This document shows positions 27,803-37,031 of a stretch of 64,000 nucleotides of DNA, piece after piece. The position numbers and the translations under genes are program-made. The notes below the pieces were generated by a model. The model did no database searches, was not told the DNA's origin, and saw only the letters and a program-made list of their open reading frames with translations. The stretch covers positions 802 to 64,801 of the forward strand of contig JAYZNI010000001.1 in the NCBI GenBank assembly GCA_036152255.1, given 5' to 3'. The stretch is from Bacteroidota bacterium. Lineage in GTDB: Bacteria > Bacteroidota > Bacteroidia > Flavobacteriales_D > Sanyastnellaceae. Numbering within the stretch: the first letter of the stretch is position 1; each line of letters opens with the position of its first letter.

Positions 27803-28523
27803 AGTACCCCTTTAGGGTCAGATTTGAGTCGGCAAATTTCGGGGTTACAGGGCCTAGTTCCAAGTTTGAACTCCCACCTCCTGTTAAAATTATCCCTATT
27901 GAAGGAAATTCTTGTTTAAGTGAAGTCCAGCGACCTATAATTTCACTAACTACTCCATCCGATGCTCCTCTCTCCATTGATTCTTTTGTATTGAGTCCAC
28001 GAGTCTCACCTGTTACCTTGTCTTCTCCTAGCCCAAACTCAATTTGGGGTAATGCATAAGTCTCATCATTCATAACATTTAATCTCGATTGAACTCCAGG
28101 AGATATACTGCCTCCAAGGTGAACTCCTTCTACAATTAAATCAGCAGTAACACATGTACCAACATCAACAACTAACCAAGCAGGGTTTACTCGCATGTAG
28201 TCGTCTATACCTTGTTGAACTGCGAAAGAATTTGCTACTCTGTCAGTACCAAGTGATTCTGGATTGTAGACTTGAGTAACTAATGGGTGACCATCTCCGT
28301 GTTTGAAAACAAACAAATTGCCTCCGCATAAATCGTAAAAAGCTGTTTCTTCCTGTTCAGTCCACCCTCCACTTCCCGTTAGCATGATTTCCTCAGGTTC
28401 TACAGTGGGAATAGCATCAGAACTAAAGTTTTCGAAAGCTACTCTAGACGCTAACTTTCCTTCTTCGAACACTCCAACTTTCCAAAGAGTATTCCCTTTT
28501 TCTGCAATCCAAGTTATTCCCAT
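27771..28523 (-). CDS. coaX: Type III pantothenate kinase
   Basis: ASKHA-fold motifs: EKGNTLWKVGVF (phosphate-1, D to E variant), GTDRVANSFAV, VVDVGTCVTADLI, GGSISPGVQ, ILTGGG. Confidence 0.8.
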   Translation of the reverse strand: MGITWIAEKGNTLWKVGVFEEGKLASRVAFENFSSDAIPTVEPEEIMLTGSGGWTEQEETAFYDLCGGNLFVFKHGDGHPLVTQVYNPESLGTDRVANSFAVQQGIDDYMRVNPAWLVVDVGTCVTADLIVEGVHLGGSISPGVQSRLNVMNDETYALPQIEFGLGEDKVTGETRGLNTKESMERGASDGVVSEIIGRWTSLKQEFPSIGIILTGGGSSNLELGPVTPKFADSNLTLKGYYALLQSIKSV

Positions 28524-29089
28524 GATATTGATCTCATAATGTGTTCAATATCGCTGAGCATTCTTCTAACTACAGGAGCAGTACTATCTGAGTTTGGTTT
28601 ATGATTGAAGTAAAGCGATCCCCTTAAAAAGTAATTTGAGCTGTCTGTGACAAAGAATTGGACTGGTGTTGCAACAGGTCCACCGATGTGATACAACACA
28701 CCGTTGAGGTTTTTTTCTGGCTCTGACACTCTAATTCTACTAATGCCATTTGCCTTAATGTCGTGGGAAAACACCATTTCTTGTGCATCTTCCATTAAAT
28801 TTATAAGGTTGTCGTTAACTTCAACTTGAGTGCAATGGAGTCTAGCGTTGAGATCTTTAAAATTCAAATTGAACCAACAAGCATCTCCGCTTTTTTCTGA
28901 ATTGACTATCTCAACAGTTGCATTTTCTGGTTTGTCTAAACCCAAACCACAAGTGATTTTTACCGATCTAAAAGATTCAACTGGTAGTGAAATTCTATAA
29001 TATCCTTCTGGTTTGGGTATGGGTGGGTTTCCGCATGTGATAAATATTGCAATCAAAGCTAAACCAAATATGTACATCAAGCTTTTCAA
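28514..29089 (-). CDS. gldD: Gliding motility lipoprotein GldD
   Basis: 191 aa with lipobox IFITCG, followed by PKPEGYYRISLP. C-terminal FFVTDSSNYFLRGSLYFNHKPNSDS. Sits immediately downstream of the gldE-like gene, as in Flavobacterium johnsoniae. Confidence 0.75.
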   Translation of the reverse strand: MKSLMYIFGLALIAIFITCGNPPIPKPEGYYRISLPVESFRSVKITCGLGLDKPENATVEIVNSEKSGDACWFNLNFKDLNARLHCTQVEVNDNLINLMEDAQEMVFSHDIKANGISRIRVSEPEKNLNGVLYHIGGPVATPVQFFVTDSSNYFLRGSLYFNHKPNSDSTAPVVRRMLSDIEHIMRSISWE

Positions 29090-29094
29090 TCTGT

Positions 29095-30393
29095 TTATGG
29101 TAGTATTTCAATTTTTATTCTATCGATTTTTCTGTTATCTCCTGCATCGACAATTAGCTTGATGTTTTCAAAGATTATGTGCTCGCCCTTTCTAGGAATT
29201 TTCTCTGCTTGTTCCATCATAAAACCACCTAATGTGTCGCTTTCTCCCTTTGCCTCTTCCCAAGCATTTTCCTCAATTTCAAGGACTCTGTAGAAATCAA
29301 TTAGGGCAGTTTTTGCCTCCATTACAAATGTTTTGTCATCCAATTTGGAATAACTTATTTCCTCAATGTCAAATTCATCAGTAATATCTCCAACAATTTC
29401 TTCAAGCACGTCTTCAAGAGTAATTAAACCACTTGTGCCACCATATTCATCGACTACTAATGCCATGTGTACCTTCCTCTCTTGGAATTCCCTTAGGAGG
29501 TCATCAATCTTCATGTTTTCAGTTATGAAATAAGGCTCTCTTAAAAGCGAAGTCCAAACTGCCTCATCCATTTCAAGCAATGGAATTAAATCTTTGATGT
29601 GAAGTACTCCAACCAATTTGTCCATGGAGCCCTTGTGAATTGGAATCCTAGAAAATCCACTTGCAACTACTGCAGATCTTAGTACAGCCCAAGGTTCATC
29701 AAGGGAGAATGCCACAACATCAGTTCGAGGGGTCATAATTTGTTTGGCATCCTTATCGCCAAATTTTACAATCCTCTCGAGTATTTCTTTTTCTTCAATT
29801 GACCTTTCGTCGCTATCGGTAAGTTCAACAGCTTTTGAAAGTTCATTTACAGAAATTTCACCTGCTGATTTAGAAATTCTCTCATCTAACCTTCTGCCAA
29901 TAGAAACAAGTGGCTTCCATAGTGGCTTAAATATCTTTTGTAGTAGGACAAGAGGCCCAGCCATGAAGCGACTTACTTGAATGTTGTTGGAATTGGCGTA
30001 CAGTTTTGGGATTACCTCTCCGAACAGGACAATTAATAAGGTTACACCTGCAATGTGAATCGCAATACTAACAAAGTGAGGTAGAGAGCTGGAAGGGAAA
30101 ATTTCCTCAGCTTTAACCGTTGCAATCAGTACGATAGCAATATTGATAAGGTTGTTTAAGACTAAAATTGTTGCGAGAAGATTCCTGGGGCCTTCTTTTT
30201 CGTTTGGCTCTCTAAGTAATTTAAGAGCAAGTTTAGACGTTTTTCGTCCATCTGATTCTAGTTCGTCTAAATCTTTAGGTTTAAGTGAAAAGAATGCAAC
30301 TTCAGATCCAGATATCAAAGCACTAAAAAGGAGTAGTATAGTTACTAGTCCCAATGTGAATATGTCATTAATGAGAAGAGGGTCTGGGTCCAT
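29095..30393 (-). CDS. gldE: Gliding motility-associated CNNM/CBS/CorC_HlyC protein GldE
   Basis: DUF21 TM region, CBS pair, HMALVVDEYGGTSGLITLEDVLEEIVGDITDEFD, CorC_HlyC end. The ssb-gldE-gldD synteny supports the call. Confidence 0.8.
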   Translation of the reverse strand: MDPDPLLINDIFTLGLVTILLLFSALISGSEVAFFSLKPKDLDELESDGRKTSKLALKLLREPNEKEGPRNLLATILVLNNLINIAIVLIATVKAEEIFPSSSLPHFVSIAIHIAGVTLLIVLFGEVIPKLYANSNNIQVSRFMAGPLVLLQKIFKPLWKPLVSIGRRLDERISKSAGEISVNELSKAVELTDSDERSIEEKEILERIVKFGDKDAKQIMTPRTDVVAFSLDEPWAVLRSAVVASGFSRIPIHKGSMDKLVGVLHIKDLIPLLEMDEAVWTSLLREPYFITENMKIDDLLREFQERKVHMALVVDEYGGTSGLITLEDVLEEIVGDITDEFDIEEISYSKLDDKTFVMEAKTALIDFYRVLEIEENAWEEAKGESDTLGGFMMEQAEKIPRKGEHIIFENIKLIVDAGDNRKIDRIKIEILP

Positions 30394-30401
30394 TCTTTAG
30401 A

Positions 30402-30860
30402 TTAAAATGGTAGATCGTCTGGTTCAGGAGGTGCAGTCACATCAGCTGGCTGTTCTGATGCAGATAAAGGCTTTTCTGGTGCTGCAGCTGGTTGAACAGC
30501 AGTTTGTGAAGGAGCTGTAGAGCTATCTCTTCGGTCAAGCATTTGCATGGTGTCTGCAATAATTTCGGTAGTGTAGCGGATTTGGTTTTGTTGGTCCTCC
30601 CACTTTCTAGTTCGAATCTTTCCATCTATGTAAACTGAAGAACCCTTACGCAGGTACTTTTCTGCTGTTTCAGCTAACCCACGCCATAAAATGATGTTGT
30701 GCCATTCAGTTTGGGTTACTTTTTCTCCACTTGTCCTGTCTCTATAAGTCTCAGATGTTGCTAATGAGAACGAACAAACCGCTACTCCATTTTGTGTATA
30801 GCGCATTTCTGGGTCTCGGCCTAAATTGCCGACTAAAATCACTTTATTTATTCCTGCCAT
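30402..30860 (-). CDS. ssb: Single-stranded DNA-binding protein
   Basis: OB-fold start [22 protein letters not shown], a Pro/Ala/Gln-rich linker, and the acidic tip DDLPF. Confidence 0.95.
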   Translation of the reverse strand: MAGINKVILVGNLGRDPEMRYTQNGVAVCSFSLATSETYRDRTSGEKVTQTEWHNIILWRGLAETAEKYLRKGSSVYIDGKIRTRKWEDQQNQIRYTTEIIADTMQMLDRRDSSTAPSQTAVQPAAAPEKPLSASEQPADVTAPPEPDDLPF

Positions 30861-30947
30861 ATAAAGCGAAGGTATGGATTAGGGTAGTGAATTAAAATTC
30901 TTATTGCATAAAGTTCATCATTCATTTCGTTTTCAAATGAATAGGTG

Positions 30948-30955
30948 TATTTTTG
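30948..30955 (+). promoter_or_regulatory. Candidate -7 box (TATTTTTG) for the HU gene
   Basis: Exact TAnnTTTG match about 70 nt upstream of the ATG at 31027. Confidence 0.3.
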
Positions 30956-31026
30956 CACCCCAAATAATTTAACAAACGCGAAAATAAATTCGCATTTAAC
31001 TATAACTCAAGCAACTACTACTAGCT

Positions 31027-31320
31027 ATGACTAAAGCTGATATTGTTAGCCAGATCGCAGAACAAACTGGTATGGAAAAGCACGACGTACAATTTACTGT
31101 CGAAGCATTTATGCGCACTGTACGTGATAACGTGGAAAGAGGTGATAATGTTTACCTAAGAGGATTTGGATCTTTCATCGTAAAGACAAGAGCTGCTAAG
31201 ACAGGTCGTAATATCCTTGCGAAGAAATCAATAAGAATTCCTGCACACAACATCCCAGCCTTTAAGCCTGCAAAGGAGTTCCTAGAAAACGTAAAATCAA
31301 ATGTTGCTGTCAAAGCTTAA
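31027..31320 (+). CDS. HU/IHF-family DNA-binding protein
   Basis: MTKADIVSQIAEQTG...VYLRGFGSFIVKTRAAKTGRN...IPAHNIPAFKPAKEF is the canonical HU fold signature. Confidence 0.93.
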   Translation: MTKADIVSQIAEQTGMEKHDVQFTVEAFMRTVRDNVERGDNVYLRGFGSFIVKTRAAKTGRNILAKKSIRIPAHNIPAFKPAKEFLENVKSNVAVKA

Positions 31321-31328
31321 AAACTTCA

Positions 31329-31949
31329 ATGAAGCTTAGCTCAGGACAAATAACTTTATTATTTACAGCAGTAGCTACTACTGCTGTAATTGTTCTTTCT
31401 AGTCGCAAGCCTAGTTCATCTCCAGAACCGGCTGTGCAAGTTGAGCAAGTGATTACTGCAGAGGACGTTAAAATAGAAAAAGCTCTTGAGATTATTAACG
31501 GTGGAGGACAACCAATGGAGGGTATCTTAATGCTCAAAGAGCTAGCGGATACTGATGAACCAAACCTAGACGCAGTTTTTCTTCTAGGTCAACTAAGTGT
31601 TCAAAGCGGCCAGCTAGAAAAAGCAGTTGAGAGGTACAGCCAGGTGCTTGAACTAGACCCAAATCATATCGAAGCAACTTGGGAACTAGCTATGTTGAAC
31701 ATGAAAATGGGAGACTTAGAGGACGCAGTTACTAAATTTGAACTTTGTATCGATGAAGATGCAGCCTTTGCAAATGGCTATTTTTTCATCGGACAGTGTT
31801 TCGAAGCGATGGGAAGAAAAGACTTAGCGTTAGAAGCATATAAAACTTATTTGCCTCTTTCACCAGATTCAGCAGTGAGTATGAGTGTTGAGGCTATTAT
31901 TAACAGATTGGAAGTCGGAGCCACTAGGGCAAACGGCGTTAACCCATAA
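31329..31949 (+). CDS. TPR repeat protein with N-terminal membrane anchor
   Basis: TM segment ITLLFTAVATTAVIVL, then about 3 TPR units (AVERYSQVLELDPNHIEA..., ALEAYKTYLPLSPD). Confidence 0.7.
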   Translation: MKLSSGQITLLFTAVATTAVIVLSSRKPSSSPEPAVQVEQVITAEDVKIEKALEIINGGGQPMEGILMLKELADTDEPNLDAVFLLGQLSVQSGQLEKAVERYSQVLELDPNHIEATWELAMLNMKMGDLEDAVTKFELCIDEDAAFANGYFFIGQCFEAMGRKDLALEAYKTYLPLSPDSAVSMSVEAIINRLEVGATRANGVNP

Positions 31950-31960
31950 AGAATTAAATC

Positions 31961-32053
31961 ATGCCAAGTGGTAAGAAGCGTAAGCGTCATAAGATGGCGA
32001 CTCACAAAAGAAAGAAGCGTCTACGTAAGAATCGTCACAAGAAAAAGAAGTAA
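31961..32053 (+). CDS. 30-aa highly basic peptide, likely ribosomal protein bS22 (AURKAIP1/COX24-like)
   Basis: Manual translation: MPSGKKRKRHKMATHKRKKRLRKNRHKKKK*. Not in the ORF track (below 60 aa). The pattern KKRKRxKMxxHKRKKxLRxxRHK resembles mycobacterial bS22 ([25 protein letters not shown]...), as recalled from memory. Confidence 0.6.
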   Translation: MPSGKKRKRHKMATHKRKKRLRKNRHKKKK

Positions 32054-32132
32054 TTCTTGCTTCGCGTTGCTAGCGTGATATTTTCTTGTAACATGTGAAC
32101 GGTCTTGTTTTACAAGGCCAAACCCACGTGCG

Positions 32133-33710
32133 TTGAATTCAGAATTAATAATAAATTCAACCTCAAAGGGGGTTGAACTAGCTGTCCTAGAAGAAGGAAA
32201 GCTCGTAGAATTACACCGCGATCCAGGTGAAACTGCCTACAGAGTAGGTGATATTTATCTTGGCCGTGTTAGGAAGGTTATGCCAAATCTTAACGCAGGT
32301 TTTATCGACGTTGGCTACGAGAGAGATGCCTTCTTACACCACAGCGATTTGGGTGTCCAATACAAGACACTCCAAAAATGGACCAAACTTGTAATTACAG
32401 GAAAGCAACCCGTCTCTAAAATTGATAAGTTTAAATTAGAGAAGGATATTGAGAAGAAGGGTAAGATGCAGGATTACGTTAGCTCTTCGCAATTAGTTCT
32501 AGTACAAGTAGCAAAAGAACCAATTGGATCTAAGGGGCCACGACTCACAGCAGACGTAACTCTCCCTGGAAGATTCTTAGTTCTTGTGCCGTTCTCTGAT
32601 AAAGTTAATCTATCGAGTAAACTTAGAAATGAGAAGGAGAAGAAGCGCTTAAAGAGTTTGATCAATAGTATCAGGCCTCCTGGGTTTGGCATTATTGTAA
32701 GAACGGTAGCTGAAGGAAAAAAATCAGCGGATTTACACAGCGACTTAAGTGACCTTATGAAGCGTTGGGATGAGATGTACAAGGGTCTTAAGAGGGCAAA
32801 ACCAGGAAAGAGAATTCTTGGTGAGCTTAACAAGACAAGTACTGTGCTTAGAGATGCCTTACGTCCAGAATGTGAGCAAATAAGAGTAAACAATGAAAAG
32901 CTGGCAGACGAAGTAAAGAATTATTTAGGAAGCATCGGATCGAGTAAAGTTGACATGGTCAAGCATGTAAAGGATAAGGATCTATTTAATACTCTATCTA
33001 TCCATAGGCAGATTAAGGCTAAGTTTGGTACTAAGGTGAATCTTAAAAACGGAGCTTACTTAATCATCGAACAAACTGAAGCTATGTTTGTTATCGATGT
33101 AAACAGTGGAGGGAGGAAGAAAGGAGCAACTTCTCAGGAGGAAAACGCTCTAATCACCAACTTGGAATGTGTTGATGAGATTGCAAGACTCTTGCGTTTA
33201 AGAGATATTGGAGGAATCATTGCCATCGATTTTATCGATATGGCGAAGAGGGAGAACAATAAGAAACTCACTGAGGCGATGAGGACTGCTATGAAGAAGG
33301 ATAAGGCCAAACACAACATCGCCCCTCCTAGTAAGTTTGGTGTAATGGAACTCACTCGTCAAAGAGTAAGGGATGTAGCAGATGTTAAGACTAAGGATAA
33401 ATGCCCATCTTGTAATGGAACTGGAAATATCCAAGCTGCAATTCTTGTGACTGATTCTATCGAAGCTTCAATTAAGTATTTAGCAAATGGCGAAGGACAC
33501 AAGAAGATGTCTTTACTTCTTCATCCAATTCTAGAAGCATACCTTGTAAAGGGTGAGATCCACAGTATGCTAAAGGGAATTTGGGGTTCTAGTCTTAGAA
33601 CTAATTGGGAAAAGAAATACGGAATTGAGATTGCAATAGAATCAAATTCATCTGTAGAGATTTTAGAATTCCACGTTTTCGATTCTAACGGAAAGGAGCT
33701 ATCTAATTAA
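32133..33710 (+). CDS. rng: Rne/Rng-family ribonuclease (RNase G-like)
   Basis: S1 domain (GDIYLGRVRKVMPNLNAGFIDVG); catalytic region (FVIDVNSG, GGIIAIDFIDM); Zn-link-like CPSCNGTG. TTG start at 32133. Confidence 0.88.
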   Translation: MNSELIINSTSKGVELAVLEEGKLVELHRDPGETAYRVGDIYLGRVRKVMPNLNAGFIDVGYERDAFLHHSDLGVQYKTLQKWTKLVITGKQPVSKIDKFKLEKDIEKKGKMQDYVSSSQLVLVQVAKEPIGSKGPRLTADVTLPGRFLVLVPFSDKVNLSSKLRNEKEKKRLKSLINSIRPPGFGIIVRTVAEGKKSADLHSDLSDLMKRWDEMYKGLKRAKPGKRILGELNKTSTVLRDALRPECEQIRVNNEKLADEVKNYLGSIGSSKVDMVKHVKDKDLFNTLSIHRQIKAKFGTKVNLKNGAYLIIEQTEAMFVIDVNSGGRKKGATSQEENALITNLECVDEIARLLRLRDIGGIIAIDFIDMAKRENNKKLTEAMRTAMKKDKAKHNIAPPSKFGVMELTRQRVRDVADVKTKDKCPSCNGTGNIQAAILVTDSIEASIKYLANGEGHKKMSLLLHPILEAYLVKGEIHSMLKGIWGSSLRTNWEKKYGIEIAIESNSSVEILEFHVFDSNGKELSN

Positions 33711-34948
33711 GCTGGCCTGGGTGGCACATCTTTGGGATAGCAGAGGAATGATTTTACGACTTTTCTAGTTAAACTTTCAATTGAAAGGTCGTCGTTTGCT
33801 TTTGCAAATTCTACAAGTCCTCTACCTTTTGTCTTGAGCATGATTCCACCTTCAATATATGGTTGGTTATAAACAGAATCAGAGCTTACGTAGTATTTGG
33901 CTTCCTCTTCTGTAAGATCCCAAAGATTCATTACGCTATCAATTCTCTCTTGAATATCTTCAGAAGAAAAAGGCTCTTTACCCATTTCAATTCGGAATAA
34001 TTTTCTATCGAGCAACCTTGAACTCAAATCAGACAGGACTTTGTCTGGGTGATGTCTCCAAGCTTTCATCGCATTTAGAATATCGCTATCGTCTAGATCG
34101 CAAAATTTTTTTAACACTCCTTCAGTTTTTGCAAACCCTTCTTTGTCGTAATCATTTTGCAGGAAGGTGCTAAGTGCAGGCGATGCAAAAAGTACTTCTC
34201 CTTTGCGACTCAAATCCTTTGCGCGTTTTAAAGCAAGCATTAACATATGCTCAGCACTAAGAACAGTTCTGTGTAAGTAAACTTGCCAATACATAAGTCT
34301 CCTTGCAACGATAAATTTTTCAATACTGTAAATGCCCTTTTCCTCAATCACTAACTGATCACCTTCAACATCAAGCATCTTGATTATCCTCTCTGAACCA
34401 ACTTTTCCCTCAGTAACTCCCGAGTAGAAACTATCTCTTGCCAAGTAGTCTAACCTATCCATGTCAAGCTGAGATGAAACAAGTTGATGTAGGAATTTTT
34501 TATGGTATTTGTTTTGGAATATTTGGATAGCTAAATCCAGAAGCCCACCAAACTCCTCATTCAACCTCTCCATAATTAGCTCGCTAATATCCTCGTGGTG
34601 TATGTCTTGGACTATACTGTTTTCAAGGGCATGGCTAAATGGACCATGGCCTATATCATGAAGCAAAATTGCAAAACAAACTGCCTCATCCTCCTCATTT
34701 GTTATATCTACGCCCTTTGCTCTAAGTGTGTTTATAGCTTGTTGCATTAAGAACAAACACCCAATAGCGTGATGAAATCTATTGTGCACTGCTCCGGGGT
34801 AGACCAAATGGCTCAAACCCAGTTGAGAAATTCTTCTGAGTCGTTGTACATATGGATGGTCCATAAGTTCAAGAGCCCTAGAGTGCCTCAAAGTCACAAA
34901 TCCATAAACAGGATCATTTAGGATTTTATGGCGATTAGATGTAGACAT
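33707..34948 (-). CDS. HD-domain phosphohydrolase (SAMHD1/dGTPase-like superfamily)
   Basis: NRFHHAIG...LLHDIGHGPFSH...DMDRLDYLARDS motifs. Start trimmed to MSTSNRHKILNDPVYG (34948). Confidence 0.8.
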   Translation of the reverse strand: MSTSNRHKILNDPVYGFVTLRHSRALELMDHPYVQRLRRISQLGLSHLVYPGAVHNRFHHAIGCLFLMQQAINTLRAKGVDITNEEDEAVCFAILLHDIGHGPFSHALENSIVQDIHHEDISELIMERLNEEFGGLLDLAIQIFQNKYHKKFLHQLVSSQLDMDRLDYLARDSFYSGVTEGKVGSERIIKMLDVEGDQLVIEEKGIYSIEKFIVARRLMYWQVYLHRTVLSAEHMLMLALKRAKDLSRKGEVLFASPALSTFLQNDYDKEGFAKTEGVLKKFCDLDDSDILNAMKAWRHHPDKVLSDLSSRLLDRKLFRIEMGKEPFSSEDIQERIDSVMNLWDLTEEEAKYYVSSDSVYNQPYIEGGIMLKTKGRGLVEFAKANDDLSIESLTRKVVKSFLCYPKDVPPRPA

Positions 34949-34996
34949 AAATTCTAAGATACGCGTTACTTTGTAAGAATTATGCAAATTAAAAGC

Positions 34997-36562
34997 ATGA
35001 CACGACAACCTCACATACTTTGGGCTGATGACGAGATTGATATTTTAAAATCTCACATTTTGTTTTTAGAGGGGAAGGATTACAAAGTAACTGGAGTAAA
35101 TAGCGGAAACGAAGCTCTTGAGGAAATCGAAAAAACAGCTTTTGACGTAGTGTTTTTAGACGAGAATATGCCTGGCCTAAATGGCATTGAGACTCTTCAA
35201 AGAATTAAGGAAATGCGCCCCCACCTCCCAGTAATTATGATTACAAAAAGTGAGGAAGAACACATTATGGAGGAGGCAATAGGATCAAAGATTAGCGATT
35301 ATTTAATCAAACCTGTTAACCCAAATCAAATCCTACTTGCAGTCAAGAAGGTCCTTGATGGAAAGAGACTTTTAAGCGAGAAGGCGATGTTGGACTATCA
35401 GAAAGAATTCCGTGAAATAGGGATGAAGCTGATGGGGAGAATGGACATTGATCTTTGGTATGAGGTGTACAATAGGCTAGTGTTTTGGGATATAGAATTA
35501 CGCAATTCTGAAGACCAAAGCATGCAGGATATTCTAAATATGCAATTCGAAGATGCGAATAGGCAGTTTGGTAAATTTGTAGAAAGTAAATATGAATCTT
35601 GGGTTGGTTCCTCTGAAGATCCAGATGTGCCTCTTCTATCGCATAGGGTTTTGCCATTAATTCTCCCAGAAGCAATAAGTGGAGCAAATGGAAGACCAGT
35701 ATATCTTGTCGTGATTGACAATCTTAGATTGGATCAATGGCAAACGATAGCTCCACAATTAAAAGATCTATTTAGGATTAAGGCGAACAATTCTTACTTG
35801 AGTATTTTACCTACATCAACTCAGTATGCTCGTAACGCTTTATTTGCTGGGATGATGCCAGCCGACATTCATAGACTAACTCCACAGTATTGGAAGTCAG
35901 AAGAAGAGGAGGGTTCCAAGAACCAATTCGAGGAAGAATTGTTAAATGCCCTTTTGAATAGAATTGGTGTAGAAGGTAAAACCAGTTATCACAAGGTGAC
36001 CAACCTCGCTGCAGGCAAAAAACTTGCGGACACTTTCCATGAAACTAAGGGAGAAATTCTGACTACGATAGTTTACAATTTCGTAGATATGCTGAGTCAT
36101 GCAAGAACGGATATGGATGTTATTAAGGAACTTGCTGATGATGAAGCAGCGTTTAGGGGCTTAACTCTAACTTGGTTTGAGCACAGCGCGCTGAAAGAGT
36201 TATTTGAGAAGATGGCCCAAAATGGTGGGAGAGTAATTGTGACTACTGACCACGGAACTGTTAGGGTGAAAAATGAAGTGAAGGTTAAGGGAGACAGATC
36301 TACAAATTCAAACTTGAGGTATAAGCTTGGAAAGAATTTAGGATATAATACGGACGAGGTCTTCGAGTGCATTGATCCCGAGAAATTTGGTCTTCCCAGG
36401 CCAAACCTCAGCACTGGATACGTTTTCGCTAGAGACAAGGACTTTTTCGTATACCCAAATAATTACCACCAATTTGTAAAATACTTCAAGGACACCTTCC
36501 AGCACGGTGGTGTTAGTCTTGAGGAAATGGTCATTCCTCTTGCTATTCTAGATGCGAAGTAA
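34997..36562 (+). CDS. porX: PorX-type response regulator: CheY-like receiver fused to a PglZ/alkaline-phosphatase-superfamily domain
   Basis: Receiver: ILWADDEIDILK, VVFLDENMPG, IMITKSEEE, YLIKP. PglZ: YLVVIDNLRLDQW, SILPTSTQYARNALFAG, VDMLSHA, TTDHG. Length and architecture match the T9SS regulator PorX. An alternative ATG lies at 34982. Confidence 0.8.
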   Translation: MTRQPHILWADDEIDILKSHILFLEGKDYKVTGVNSGNEALEEIEKTAFDVVFLDENMPGLNGIETLQRIKEMRPHLPVIMITKSEEEHIMEEAIGSKISDYLIKPVNPNQILLAVKKVLDGKRLLSEKAMLDYQKEFREIGMKLMGRMDIDLWYEVYNRLVFWDIELRNSEDQSMQDILNMQFEDANRQFGKFVESKYESWVGSSEDPDVPLLSHRVLPLILPEAISGANGRPVYLVVIDNLRLDQWQTIAPQLKDLFRIKANNSYLSILPTSTQYARNALFAGMMPADIHRLTPQYWKSEEEEGSKNQFEEELLNALLNRIGVEGKTSYHKVTNLAAGKKLADTFHETKGEILTTIVYNFVDMLSHARTDMDVIKELADDEAAFRGLTLTWFEHSALKELFEKMAQNGGRVIVTTDHGTVRVKNEVKVKGDRSTNSNLRYKLGKNLGYNTDEVFECIDPEKFGLPRPNLSTGYVFARDKDFFVYPNNYHQFVKYFKDTFQHGGVSLEEMVIPLAILDAK

Positions 36563-37013
36563 ATTTGTATCAATGGAGGTGTTATTAGAAATAGAGAAGT
36601 ATGATTTAGGTGAGCTTGGAGATGTGGCTTCTAAAATTGCTAATGTATTGCCCCATAGTGGAGTACTTGCTGTTCACGGAGAAATGGGAGTAGGAAAGAC
36701 GACTTTGGTGAAGGATTTATGCTCAGTATTGGGAGTAAAGGACGAGGTTAGTAGCCCTACGTTTGGCCTTGTTAATGTATATAAGTCAGGAGATAGGGTT
36801 ATTAATCATATCGATTTGTATAGGTTGAAAAATGCTGAAGAAGCGGAGACTGCGGGTGTGTTTGAGTTATTTTATTCAGATGCAATTACGATAGTGGAAT
36901 GGCCTGAGAGAATTGCAGATGAATTGCCTGAGGAGATGATGCTTTTAAAGATTGATTTATGTGAAAAGTTTGGCCACGATAGTAGCAGAAGACTGATTTT
37001 AAGTCGAACTTAG
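36552..37013 (+). CDS. tsaE: tRNA t6A37 biosynthesis ATPase TsaE
   Basis: Walker A HGEMGVGKTTLVK; SPTFGLVNVY; HIDLYRL. An alternative start is at 36573 (MEVLLEI...). Confidence 0.88.
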   Translation: MRSKFVSMEVLLEIEKYDLGELGDVASKIANVLPHSGVLAVHGEMGVGKTTLVKDLCSVLGVKDEVSSPTFGLVNVYKSGDRVINHIDLYRLKNAEEAETAGVFELFYSDAITIVEWPERIADELPEEMMLLKIDLCEKFGHDSSRRLILSRT

Positions 37014-37031
37014 TGATCTAATCACACTATC

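Noticed and set aside
32474-33434. Minus-strand ORFs of 139, 73 and 78 aa inside the RNase G gene
   Set aside because: They are antisense shadows of a well-supported gene, and no independent signals were seen.
35343-35721. Two overlapping minus-strand ORFs (114 and 107 aa) inside porX
   Set aside because: Antisense to the receiver/PglZ junction of a well-supported gene. The two ORFs overlap each other in different frames, which is typical of spurious calls.
33707-36562. HD-domain protein next to a PglZ-domain protein: could this be a BREX-like or dNTP-depletion phage-defence module?
   Set aside because: The PglZ domain is fused to a complete CheY-like receiver with all phospho-acceptor residues, which is the PorX (T9SS regulator) architecture. 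No PglX methyltransferase, BrxC ATPase, BrxL or other BREX components are nearby. The flanks are rng, tsaE and ald housekeeping genes.
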